A stretch of 64,000 bases of DNA from Eledone cirrhosa (Eukaryota), in the NCBI GenBank assembly GCA_964016885.1, contig OZ024740.1, forward strand, positions 175,832,001 through 175,896,000. The letters run 5' to 3'. Below the pieces are notes generated by a model. It was not told where the DNA came from and did not search any database. It worked only from the letters and a program-made list of their open reading frames with translations. Positions 51,839-64,000 of this stretch are shown piece by piece (position 1 is the stretch's first letter; the number at the start of each line of letters is the position of its first letter). A program made the position numbers and the translations under genes.

Positions 51839-53779
51839 TCACTTACCTTGTTCGTGTGGTGAAGGCACAGTAGAACCGTCCCTTTCGCTGGTCATGGGTG
51901 TTTCCAAGAGGATGTCAGTGTATATCGTCTTGGTAACCGTCCCTCTGAAGTCTCCAACTGCGTTGGGGAATTTTTGTTTGAAAGGTTTGTACTGTTCTAT
52001 TGAGATTTCAATGATGCTTATGTTTGTCGGGAGAGTTCTTGGTGTTGGAGGGGTGTAGTAGTTTTTTTGTTGTGATGTCTGTGTGCTGCTTTATATATTG
52101 TATGAATTATTTTTTTGCTATGTTTATGGCTGTGTACTTTTTGGGGGGAGGGGTGATTTTGTTGCCGTTTTCTTCTTGTTGCTGTTTGGTGTGTGTGTCT
52201 TGTTATGTTTGCGTTGTTGGTGTTTGTGGTGGCGTTGCTGCAAGTTTCCTTGCTGCCTTTACCCCTCTTTGTATGCCTTCGCTTTTGGAGGGTGAATCTA
52301 AGGTTTTTTTTGTCTTTTGTTTTTTGTGGCAGACTGTTTGCCACGTCACTCCCGCCTCAAACTCCATGTCGGATTCTGTGGTGTCTGCGAAAGGTATGTG
52401 CTCCACGGCTGTTGGTGGTGGTAGTGGAGCCCTCTTCGGCAATTTTGTTGCTGGTGTAGCTATTTCAAATGTAGCTATTGGTTTTGCCGCTACTGATGAT
52501 GCTGCTTAAGTTATCCGTGGCCTTGGTACGGATGCTACGGACATTGCCCTCCTACTCACCGTGGAAGGGGCTTCTTCGTTGCTGTCCTGCTCTTGGTAGC
52601 AGCGGACCAGGTATTGGCAGGAGAGGGGCCCCTTTTCAGTGTCTTCTGCTGGCAAAAGGCCCTGAGGTGACCTTTCGACACACAGAGATAACATTTTGGC
52701 CGTCTTCCTTCTACACTTATAGGGAGTTGTTGTCCTTCCTCGAAGTCTATGATATCGGGGATAGCCTCGATACATTCCTGGTCAGTTTGTATAAGCATTT
52801 GCATGCCTATACCTGACCAGTTCTCTCTCCCTATTTTTTCTACTTGCAGCATGGTTGCCCTGTTCTCAATTCCAGCAAGGACAGACACGGCCAGCCAAGG
52901 TATGGGCACGTCGGGTGGGACCTGGGTCACTTTGACCCTCACAATTTTCTACCCGTAGTAGGAGGGCACCAAGACTAACTCCTCACTCTTTAGGGTTTCC
53001 AAAGAGTGAGACTTTGCTTCCTGTGGGGTGGCGAAATGTACGTCTACTGTGGCGTACTTTCCGCCTCGGGTGATGTGGGTTTTGCGTGCCCAGACGCACC
53101 CCAAGGCCTTTTGGATTTGAGCCTCCGTGGCTCTCTCCACTCGATGTGACATTTTTCTTACGGTGCGGTAAGTCACCGTCGGGTGGAGGTTTCAGGGAAA
53201 CTCTATTTGCGCTTCTTGTCACCATGGCTCTTGCGACTGCCATCTCCTCCTCTGTGACTAATACTGTCTCGATATTTCGGCGACACCTGCAAAAGAAGTG
53301 GTCCCTTTTTCAGCAGCACCACTATTGCTGCCGCTACTGGTCTTACTGGTGGTGCTGAGATCGCTATTACAGGTATCGGTGTCATTGTTGTTCTTTTCGC
53401 TGGTACAGTTGTTGGTGTTGTTTTCGTTGATACTGTTGCTGCTGTTACTGTTATTGTGGCTGTTGTTATTATTGTTGTTTTTGTTGATACTGTTCCTACT
53501 ATTATTGTTGTTGTGGCTGTTGTTATCGTCATTGTTATTGTCGTTCTCGACCTTACCGCTGTTATTTTTCTTATTGTCGTTCTCGACCTTACCACTGTTA
53601 TTTTTGTTATTCTCGTTCTCGACTTTACCGCTGTTATTTTTGGTGTTATTGTTGGTGATGTTGTTGGTGTTATTGTTGGTGTTGTTTGTGTTAGAAATAT
53701 TTGGTAATTTTAAATCTTTTTTTCCTTTGTAATATTTTCGTTTATATTTACCTCCGCTGGAACGCTGTCTTGTTGACAT
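51839..53779 (-). pseudogene. Tx1 copy A ORF1: Asn/Thr-rich N-terminus, RRM-like region and CCHC knuckle (frameshifted)
   Basis: VKVTQVPPDVP...SVEGRRPKCYLCVSKGHLRAFC; final frame ends ...PHEQGK* at 51839. Confidence 0.8.
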
Positions 53780-54249
53780 GCTGATAAAGTCTCCCTCTCT
53801 CTGTGTTGTCTGACAGCGCTCTCTCTCTTTCTTGTGTTATCGATGTTGACATTTTTCAAAAAAAATATTTTTACACAAATACGAATACAAGACCCCGTAA
53901 AGGGGTGCCCTATTATTTACTAGTGAACCTCTGTATTAGGTGGGTCACTTTTTCTGAACTTTTATCAAATTTAAAACTTGAATAAAAGGTTTAGAACGGT
54001 TGAAAAAGAGGTAAAACGTTGAAAAAGACTGGAGGCGATAAGAAGCGTGGCTTCACCAACAACAATAATAATAATAATAATAAGGGAAGAAAACGCACAT
54101 GGTGGATATATATCGTTATGGAATCGCTCCCGTAAGTTTTTTTATTTTTACTTATTTAAAACAACTGTGAGAGAATAATTCTTATTACAAATGAAATACA
54201 AGAATACAGTTTTCACTCTCAGCGAGCAACAACGCATCACATTACGGTA

Positions 54250-57200
54250 TAGCCTCGTCTAACTTATCTACCAGCTCCCCTCCTTTCTATTTTTCTCTAA
54301 CGTTAGTTCTTTGCTGAACTCTATCGAAGTTACTCTAATCTCTCTTTTGAGAGCCCCCACCATCTGTTGTTGATGATCCCCCCTGTCAACTTTTGCTTAA
54401 CTAAATTGTTGACTTGGTCCCTGTAAGCCTTACGTGCCGGAAATGACATGTTCAGTTTCCAGTAACCCGGTCCTACCCTACGCGTTTTATCTAGGTCGAA
54501 CGTACAGATCACAAATTTGTGATCTGAATAGGCGACCGTTTTAAAAAGTGGGCAGCCTACACTATTTCTATCTATTTTCCAAATGAAGAGCCTGTCTATA
54601 TACGATCTAGATGATCCCATTTGGTTGGTCCATGTCCATACTGGCACATTGGGGAAATCTAGTCGATACCTGTCAGACAGTTGGAACTCGATGAGTAGGT
54701 GCTTGAGGCTTTTGCACCCCCCACTCCTATCGGCTACTTCCACACAATCCCAGCGTGCGTCTAAGATGCCATTCCAGTCCCCCGCTAACAGTAAAGGGCC
54801 AGACGTACCCAGAAAGGTCTCCAGGCGCCTACAGAAGTCCGGTCGGCCGGCCCCTGTAGGGGCGTAGACGGCCAGCAGTCTAAAGGCACCACCTTCGCTA
54901 CTGCTCACATCCAAGACCACCAACTTACCGTCCGGGTCCCGGAAGATCAACCTTATCTCGAGATCCAGTCCTTTCCTAAACAGCACTGCCCCCCCCCATT
55001 CCCGGCCTGCTAACAGATGTGAAGATCTGATAGTCGTCGAAAATGGGGGCTAGTGCGCGGGTGTCGGAAATTCTGGTCTCGCTGACGGCAATCATATCCA
55101 TTTCCAGCGACATGAGGTCGTTGAGCAGGCGACCCTGCTTCCAGGGTGACCCCAGGTCGCGAACATTTAAACTTCCTACTCTTAATATGGCCATGTTGGC
55201 AAGATAAAAGCGAGAGGGAAGGTTTACTTACCTCCCGGGGTCTTGTGAAGGTCGCGTGGTTCAACCTCCATGGTTGGTGGGGTTTCTTTTGGGAACCCCT
55301 TTAAAAGTCTTGATGTGGGTTTCACATTCGGGGTTCCCACGTCTTGAGGAAAGCTCTCTCGAATTTCTTTGAAGGAATCGAGTAACATTCGGACATTCTG
55401 GCACGCAAAATGTGCTCATTTCAAAAATCTCCCCCTCTGTTTGAATGATCTCGCTTCGTGCTAAGAAGGCCATCAGTTTATCGTTGGCCCTTCTGACAAG
55501 CACGAAGTTTTTAACATTTTGTTGGTGTGGTTTTATTTGTTTTCGTTTTGGTGACTGTCGTGTTGATGGCTTTGGTGGTGTTGTTTCGGGTATGTCTGTG
55601 TTTGTTGTAGGTGTGGTGTCTGCAATTTCAGGTATTTGTGTGTTTATTTGTACTTGTGTTTGTTTAGGTTGTTTGCGTTTCGGGGATTGTGGGGGTGGTA
55701 TCGATGTTGCTGTTGGTGCTGATGTTATTGGGGAAGTGTTTGCGTTAGTGGTGTCTGTATTTTTTGCTGTGTTGGTTTTTGTGTTTTGTTGGGGCTTTTT
55801 TAGGGTGAGTTTTCTCTGTTTTTTTGCGCTTTTGGGTTTTCCTTCATCTTCGCTGCTGGAAGACAAAGGGTCTGTGTCTGAGAGTGTCTCAGTGTCTGTG
55901 TGTGCATTTATTGTTTTGTCTATGTGTATAATTGGGGGGGGGGGGTTAGGGGTATGGGGAGTGGGAGAGAGCTTTCCTCGTTTTCCCCTTGGATTGGTTT
56001 CGGTGTTGGTGGTGGTCTGGCTGTTTTTGCTGTTGGTGTCCGTGTCTTTGTTGGTGTTATTTTTGGTGGTGGTGGTGCAGCTTTCCGTGCTGACACTGGC
56101 GTTGGCAACAAAGGAGGTTTGCGACCCCCTGTATTTTTGCGCTGAAGGCAGAAGGCTTGCAGATGCGTTGCTTCCCCGCAGACGCAGCAGTGTGGTATTC
56201 TTCCCTCAGTGATTAGCTGGATTGTTGTCCCGTCCTGCAGGCGGGCAAAATCCGGGATGTTGTTCATGTCCTCCGGTTTCATTTGGAGGAGAATCTCCAA
56301 ATCCATTCCGGACCAGTCTTCTCTCTCTGTCCTTTTGATATCCAGGAGCGTAGTGTCTGTCCCCTCCTCGATTACGCATCCCAGCAGCCACCATATGTTC
56401 ATTCCTGGTGGGATGCTGGGAATGCGGACCTTTACTGTCCTTTTACCCATGTAGGACGGGTGTATGATAATGCGTTCCGTTCTGCAGGGGGTCACTGAGT
56501 GCTTAATAGCAAGGGCCTCGGTTTTGAACTGTACCGAGTTGGTACCGAACTGTTTGGCTTTTGCTTTATACTCTATGTCACTTCCGATGCACTCCAAAGC
56601 AGCCTCGATTTCTGCTTGGCTGGCAAGGTCCACTTTTCGTGTCTGCACCGAAATGCATCGAAAGTACACCGTCCTCCTTTGCATGGCAGCTATTGCCCGG
56701 TCCGGGATGGTCAGGTTTTCCCAGGACTTCTCCCGTTTAATTAGCCTCCACGCCTGGGTCAACTGTTCGTCTTTATCCAATAAGCGCTTTGTTTTTGCTG
56801 CTGCTGCTCTTGTTGTTGGTGTTGTCCTTCTTGCTGTTGTTATTGGTGTTGTTGTTGTTCTTTTGTTGATTGTTGGTGTTGCCACCGCCATCCGTGTTTA
56901 CATTGAAGCTGTCGGCGTTATTGTCGTTGTTGCTCTGAGTTGTTGTTGTTGTGGTGGTGGCGGTGGTGGCGGTAGCGACGGTGGTGGTGGTGATGTCGTT
57001 TTCAGATGATACTGCTGCTAACACAGAAGGTTGTGATGGTAGCTTTTGAGTTTTGCCTTCACATTCAGTAGAGTGTACGACAGGCATGTCTGTAGCCGTC
57101 GTAGTTGTGGTGAAACCTACAGTGGCTGCTTTTAAACTTTTGACCTGAACGTTGTTTACCGTTTCAAGGTCGAACATTTCCATATTTTTTTTTTTTTGGT

Positions 57201-57411
57201 GGGAAAGCGATTTTTTTAGAAGTTTTTAAAAATAAATCTTAATATTTGGGCTTAAAGCCCGAATATTGAGAGGTATCACTCCCTTGAAACCAAGATGTGT
57301 ACCTTATGTTTCGTTAACGACAAGAAAATACAAAAACTGATACTTTAAAACAGCTTAAAGTTACGAACCTTTTCCCCCGCAGACTTGTACTGTCTTCACA
57401 CATGTGCGTCC
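54250..57411 (-). mobile_element. L1/Tx1-clade LINE copy B, divergent family: 5' UTR, ORF1 and endonuclease only
   Basis: Starts GGACGCACATGTGTG after (TTA)n; ORF1 57183 to about 55224 with TEGRIPHCCVCGEATHLQAFC; ORF2 from 55194 (MAILRVGSLNVRDL, VYAP, GDWN, YSDH, GPGYWKLN); homology stops near 54250, before the RT. Confidence 0.88.
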
Positions 57412-57446
57412 ATAATAATAATAATAATAATAATAATGATAATAAT

Positions 57447-60400
57447 GGTTTCTTTATTGGCCACAAGGGCTAACACGAAGAAAAACATTAGAGACAGCAC
57501 AGAACAGTACAGGACGATACAAAGCGTGTTTTGGTCGTGTAAACAGGTTTTAACAAAATCGGGCTAGAAATATCCAAAAAATTCAAACAACAAAATTCCC
57601 CAAAGAGGGGCAAACCTCCGAGAGTCACTCGTGGCGAAAACCACACAAAAGATCACGGCCACTCTGACCACCAGGTCAAGCGCCCTCTCTCAGTTGTCCC
57701 ACTCCTCAGTCTACAGGCTCATAATCAGAGCGGGCCTGTTCACTCGGACCAGACTCGCCACTTTCACCCACCTTTCAACAAACTTACTAGAAGACAGCAC
57801 TTGCCTCTCCACCTTTGATTTTCCTCTTCAAGTGAAACTTGAAAATGTTAATCAGGGATTGGCCGGAGAGGGTTTTCAGCCTTGTCCACCACACAATCTC
57901 TTTCGCCATGGCCACCAGGCAGCTGGAAACTGCCTGCTCTTCCTCCTCTTTAAAGGAGGATGGCAGGGCTATCTTCACAATGGACTTAGTCGATAACCGG
58001 ATCCGTCCTACACGCAACAGCAGCTGTTCGACATAGCTCCACAAGTCAACAATCCTTGGGCACTGACGAGTGTGTACAGGACGGTTTCGTCACCCTGCGC
58101 GCATCTCGAACAGGCTCGGCTGACAGCACATCCGTACCTGTAGAGCTTATCCCGAACCGGCAACGCTTCCCGGTAGCACAGCCAGGCCAGGGATTTCTGG
58201 AAGTTGTCCAAGGCCCCGGTCTGAACGTTCTCTTGAAGAGGGCGAACAGCTGATCGTCTTCGACGCCCAGGGTCTCCCCGAGAACATCGTCGCTCTTTCC
58301 TTCCACTAGCCCTCTATAGAACGCTGAGGTGGATGTTCCACCGATACTAGTGCCCAGCTGTTAGAAAGCTGTGAGCGCCTGGAGACATTCCAGCTTCCAA
58401 GCGCTAACCCTCGGTCTTTTCCTGATCCAGGACTGCAGCTCCGTTAATGAAACGAGCTGGGGAAAAACACGGCTGGCAAACGGTGACCACACCTGTTGAC
58501 CGTCAAGGAAGCAGAAGAGATGTCGCAGCTTCAGAGCGTGTTTGCGCATCATCAGCCACGGCATGCCCAGTCCTCCACGCAACGGGTGTTGACAGCAGAT
58601 GGATCCTCTGACCATGGTAGCACGTCCCTTCCATAAAAATCCGAGAGGAGGCGCTCCCTTTTTATCAGAGTTGGGCCGGGGCAATGCACAACGGTTAGGC
58701 GGTAGCAGATGACGGATGCGATGAACGCATTCGCCGCCTCTTCCCGACCTTTCAGGGCCAGCTTCCTCTCGGCCCATTTCTGGGTGAGAGAGGCCACCCT
58801 GCTCGTCACCTCGCTCCAGTTTTTCTCCATCTGGAGTACGGACCGAACCAGACCCCGAGCAATTTAACCGGTCCTTCCGTCCAGCACCCACGACGCTGTC
58901 GGGCGGCATGGACTAGCCTCTCCAGGTGCCAAACTGCAAGCACACCGACTTTTCTTGGTTTAACTTTGCTCCTGTCATTGCTTCATATTCCTTGAGAGCG
59001 GTGCCGAGCATCTGGACATATTCGGTGTTTGACATCACTACGGTGACGTCGTCGGCGTAAGCAGATACGGATCTCCCACATCCCAGTTCGCGTTGTACGC
59101 CTCTCATCACCTCCAATTTGTGTAGTAACGGCTTTAGTGCCAATACGTACAAGAGCGACGAGAGGGGACAACCCTGGCGGACCGAGCGCATGATGCTGAA
59201 CTGCTGTGACAGATGACCGTTCACCTTCACAACTCAGCAGATGTTGCTGTGCATCGCAGCGACCCAAACCCTGAAAATGGGCCCGAAGCCGACCGCCTAA
59301 TGGACCGCCGCCAGGTACCGATGGTCGACCCTATCAAATGCCTTAGATTGATCCAAGTTGATCAGGATCCCACCCGTGCCAGGTTCCTTAACCGCCCTCT
59401 CTATGATGTATCGCATGAGGTGGAGGTTGTCGTGGATGGATCTGTCTGGAATGGCGCATGTCTCCGCCTCTCCCACCAGATCACCGACGACAAGCGTCAA
59501 TGTCATTGCTAACAACTTGGCCAATATCTTGAAATCTGCGTTTAACAGTGTTATGGGCCTGAAGTTGTCTATAACATCCCCCTTGTTCGTGTCTTTTCTC
59601 AACAGCGCCACCACTCCCCAGCTCACAAAATTGCGAATGCTCTCGTTCTGCTGCCAGTTACAGTAGACATCTGCCAAGAGGTCGCCGAACAAGTATGGCA
59701 TGTGCGCATAAAGCTTGTAGTGCAGACCATCCAAACCTGGCGATTTACCCCTCGTGCAGTCAGATATCGCTTCCCGTATTTCACCTGCTGTTATCGGCTT
59801 TTCGCAATACTGCGCTGCGGTCGTCGAGAGCCGCGGCAGTCCCATCGATATATGTACTGAAGTTTATACTCCGATCCGGCCCGCCGCCGCTCTCAAGCAG
59901 TTCAGCAAAGTGCTGCTGAAAATCCTCACACATCTGTTCGGGTTCGAGTAACATGCGCCCGTTTTGGTCAGGCAAAGATTGAATTGTGGCTTTGTTTCCA
60001 CGTCGCGCCTCCACCACCCGGGCCCATTGGACAGCTTTTATCCCCTCGTGTCTCAGAGCACGTGCTCTAGCTCTGACAACGCAACTTCGTGCTTTGCGTT
60101 GAAGAATTGGTGGAGTGCCAATCTCGCCGCAAGTACGTCGGTTGCAATGCCTGTCCTAAACGTTTCTTCTAGCTTTCTAACTAGTTCTACACTATTTTCA
60201 TCTATCACTACTCCTTTGCTAAACCTTATCTATTCTACTCTAATAACCCTTTACAGGGTAAACCACCACCTGTTGTTGACAATCGCACCCGTCAACGCAC
60301 GCTTAACTAATTCGCCTATCCGGTCTCTGTAAGCTTTGCGCGACAGGAACCACGCGTTCAGCTTCCAGTAATCCGGTCCTTGCCTATGAAGTCTATCTAA

Positions 60401-62033
60401 GTCGACTTCACAGATTACAAATTTGTGGTCCGTGTAGTCGACTACTTTAAATTGTGGACAACCTATGCTAGCCTTGTCTGTTTCCCTACAGAATACCCTA
60501 TCTAGATACGATCTGAATGACCCGATGAAGTTTGCCCTTGTCCACATTGGCACATTCGGATAATCCAGACGATACCTATCAGACAGTTGAAAACGCCTGA
60601 GCAGGTTGGTGAGGCTTTTACATCCTCCTCCCTTATTTACTAGCCCCACATAATCCCAGCATGCATCTAAGATACCGTTCCAATCACCCACTAACACTAA
60701 AGAGTGGGACGTTCCTGGTGTTACTGGTGTTTTGACCACTGCTGCCGCTGTTTTAGTTGTCCGTGGCCTTAGTATGTGTGCCACGTGCGTTGCCCTACCA
60801 CTCACCGTGGAAGGGTCTTCTGCCTTTGTTGTCTGCCCTGCTCTTGGTAGCAGCGGACCAGGTATCGGAAGGACGAGGGACTTCTTCGCTGCCTTCTGCG
60901 AGCAAAAGGCCCTGAGGTGACCCTTTGACTGACAGAGACAGCATTTTGGGCGCCTTCCTTCCACGCTTGTAGGGAGTTGGAGTCCTTCCTCGAAGTCTAT
61001 AATATCACGGATAGCCTTGATACACTCCTGGTCAGTTTGTATTAGCATTTGCATGCCTATACCTGACCAGTTCTCTCTCAATATTTTCTGCCCGCAGTAG
61101 GAGGACACGAAGACTATCTCCTCACTCTTTAGGGTTACCAAAGTGTGAGACTTCGCCTCCTGGGGGTGGGAAAAAGTACCTCTACTGTGGAATACTTTTT
61201 GCGGTAAGTCACCGTCCGTAACTGCTGGTGTTTGAAAAAATCGGGTGGAGGTTTCAGATAGACTCGATTGACATTTCTCGTCACCATGGTCCTTGCGACT
61301 GCCATCTCCTCCTCCGTGACTAGCGCTCTTTCGACATTGCGGGCCACACCTGCAGAAGAAGTGGCCCCTTTTTCAGCGGCACCACTATTGCTGCCGTTAC
61401 TGCTACTGGTATTGCTGTTGGTGCTGAGATCGCTGTTACTGGTATTGATGTCATTGTTGTTGTTTTCGTTGATACTGTTGCTGCTGTTTTTGTGGCTGTT
61501 ATTATTATTGTTGTTTTTGTTGATACTGTTCCCACTGTTATTTTTGTTGTGGGTGTTGTTATTGTCATTGTTATTGTCTTTCTTGACCTTATCGCTGTTA
61601 GTTTTGTTGTTGCTGTTGTTATTGATGGTGTTGCTGTTGGTGGTATTTGGTATTTCTAAATCTGAAACAATATCATTAAAAATTATATTGTTTGTCTTTT
61701 CCTTCGTAATGTTTTCTTTTGTATTCACCTTCGCTAGAACGCTGTTTTGTTGACATGTTGACAAAGTCTCCCTCTCTCTGAGTTGTCTGACAGCGCTCTC
61801 TCTCTTTTTTTGTGATATCCATGTTTGAACGAAAACTCTTTTTTTTTTAAAATAAATTTTTACATAATAAGACACTCCATAAAAGGGTACCGTATTATTT
61901 AGGAGTGAGCCCCTGTATTAGGTGGGTCACTTCTTCTAAACTCTTATCAAGTTTAAAACTAAAGGTTAGGAACGGTTGGAATCGATGAATACTGTTGAAA
62001 AAAAACTGGAGCCGGTAAGAAGCGTGGTTCACC
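57447..62033 (-). mobile_element. L1/Tx1-clade LINE copy C, both ends present, internally deleted
   Basis: 5' end GGTGAACCACGCTTCTT; 3' end gcccttgtggccAATAAAgaaacc(ATT)n; deletion near 60715 fuses ORF1 to mid-endonuclease; RT motifs KSPGLDG, FRPITLLN, QGCPLS and YADD. Confidence 0.92.
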
Positions 62034-62084
62034 TTCAGTAATAATAATAATAATAATAATAATAGTAATAATAATAATAATAAT

Positions 62085-64000
62085 GATTTCGTTATTGGCC
62101 ACAAGGGCTGACATCAAGAAAAACATTACAGACGGCACAGGATGGTACCGGACAGTACGATGTGGGTTTTGTGCGTGTAAATATTTTTATTATTTATATA
62201 AGAAAAGAAAAAAAAGGACATAGAAACATATATATATATAAACAATAAAAATGAAAATTGAAACAATGTAAAATTCCCCAATAGGGGGAAACCTCCGAGG
62301 GTTACTCGTGGCGAAAACCATACAAAAGACCACGGCCACCCTGACCACCAGGGCAAGCGCCCTCTCTCAATTTTTCCATTTCCCAAACTACAGACGTATA
62401 TTCAGAGCGGTCCCGTTCACTCGAACCATACTCGCTACATTCACCCACCTTTCAACAAACTTGCTAGAAGGCAGCACTTGCCTCTCCACCCTGATTTTCC
62501 TCTTCAAGTGAAACTTGAAAAAGTTAATCAGGGATTCGCTGAAGAGAAAAATGTCTGTCTTTAACGCTTTTAACCTTGTCCACCACACAATCTCTTTCGC
62601 CATGGCCACCAGGCAGATGAAAACCGCCTGCTCTTTCTCCTCGAAGGAAGACGGCGAGACCATCTGCACAATGGACTCAGTCGATAACCGGATCAGTCCT
62701 ACACGCGACAGCAACTGTTCGACATAGCTCCACAAGTCAGCAATGTTCGGGCACTGAACGAGTGCATGCACGACGGTTTCGTCGCTCTGCGCGAATCACT
62801 TCCGTGCCTGTAGAGCTAATCTCGAATCGGCAGCGCACCCCGGTAGCACTGCCAGGCAGGAATTTTTGGAAGTTATCGATAGGCCCCGGGCTGAAAGTTC
62901 TCCGGAAGAGAGCAAACAGCTGATCTTCTTCGACGCCCAGGATCTCTCCGAGAATGTCGTCGCTCTTACCCTCCACTAGTCCTCTATAGAACGCCGAGGT
63001 GGATGTTCCACCGATGCTGGTGCCCAGCTGGCAGAGGGCAGTGAGCGTCTGGAGACATTCCAGTTTCCAAGCGCTATCCCTCGGTCTTTTTCTGACCCAG
63101 GACTGCAGCTCCGTCAAGGAGACGAGCTGTGGGACAACGTGCCTGGCGAACGGCGACCACACCTGTTCACCGTCAAGGAAGCACCAGAGATGTCGCAGCC
63201 TCAGCGCATGTTTGCGCATCATCAGCCATGGCATGCCCAGTCCTCCACGCAACGGGTGTTGACAGCAGATGGATCGTCTGACCATGGGAGCGCGTCCCTT
63301 CCACAAAAGGCTGAAGAGGAGGCGCTCCATTTTGGTGGGAGTTGGGCTGGAGCAAGGGATGACGGTGAGGCGGTAGCAGATGACGGATGCGATGTACGCA
63401 TTCGCCACCTCCGCGCGGCCTTTCAGGGACAGCTTCCACTCGGCCCATTTCTGAGTGAGGGAGGCCACCCTGCTCGTCACCTCGTTCCAGTTTTTCTCCA
63501 TCTGGAGGTCCGGTCCGAACCAGACCCCGAGCAATTTAACCGGTCCGTCCGTCCAACACCCGACGACGCTGTCGGACGGCATGGACTTGCCTCTCCAGGT
63601 GCCTAGCTGCAAGGCCACCGACTTTTCCTGGTTTATCTTTGCTCCTGTCACCGCTTCGTATTCCTTGAGAGCGGTGCCGAGCATCTGGACGTGTCTGGTG
63701 CTCGACACCACCAAGGTGACGTCGTCGGCGTAAGCCGACTCGGATTTCCCGCATCCTAGTTCGCGTAGGACGCCCCTCATCGCCCCCAGTTTGTGCAGTA
63801 ACGGCTCGAGAGCCAATACGTACAAGAGGGACGAGAGGGGACAACCCAGGCGGACTGAGCGCATGATCCTGAACGGCTGCAACAGGTGACCGTTCACCCT
63901 CACAACTGAGCAGATGTTGCTGTACATCGCTGCGATCCAACCCCTGAAAACGGGCCCGAAAACGACTGCCTCGAGGACAGCCGCCAGGTACCGATAGTCG
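62085..64000 (-). mobile_element. L1/Tx1-clade LINE copy D, 3' portion, continues beyond the window
   Basis: 396-aa open stretch with YADD (62737-63927), C-terminus 62388-62771, 3' UTR nearly the same as copy A, ending in (ATT)n. Confidence 0.92.

Larger units (their letters stand above)
48301..54057 (-). mobile_element. L1/Tx1-clade LINE copy A, near full length, inactivated
   Basis: 5' end GGTGAAGCCACGCTTCTT after (TTA)n; ORF1 and ORF2; 3' end ccttgtggccaAATAAAgaaatc(ATT)n. Confidence 0.93.

Noticed and set aside
55445-57009. Long plus-strand hydrophobic ORFs over the Tx1 elements
   Set aside because: Antisense shadows of A/C-rich ORF1 sequence; the recognisable motifs are all on the minus strand.

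Overview
AT-rich, microsatellite-dense eukaryotic DNA with no recognisable host gene. The SINE family and repeat landscape suggest a cephalopod (octopus-like) genome, which is an inference. The window is almost all mobile DNA, sorted by microsatellite type. (ATT)n tracts hold a head-to-tail array of four L1/Tx1-clade LINEs (48.3-64 kb, minus strand) and a tRNA-derived SINE whose 3' end resembles the Tx1 3' end. (CATA)n tracts hold R4/Dong-type RLE retrotransposon pieces and a 600-bp internally deleted RTE derivative. (TA)n tracts hold Penelope-like element (PLE) pieces, fold-back hairpins, several type I hammerhead ribozymes and a 316-bp hammerhead-bearing tandem repeat (retrozyme candidate). 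Also present are two non-autonomous Helitrons, MITE-like palindromes and older RTE, R4 and Tx1 relics. Most short ORFs in the track are microsatellite artefacts. All family assignments come from motif recognition by eye, with no database search.
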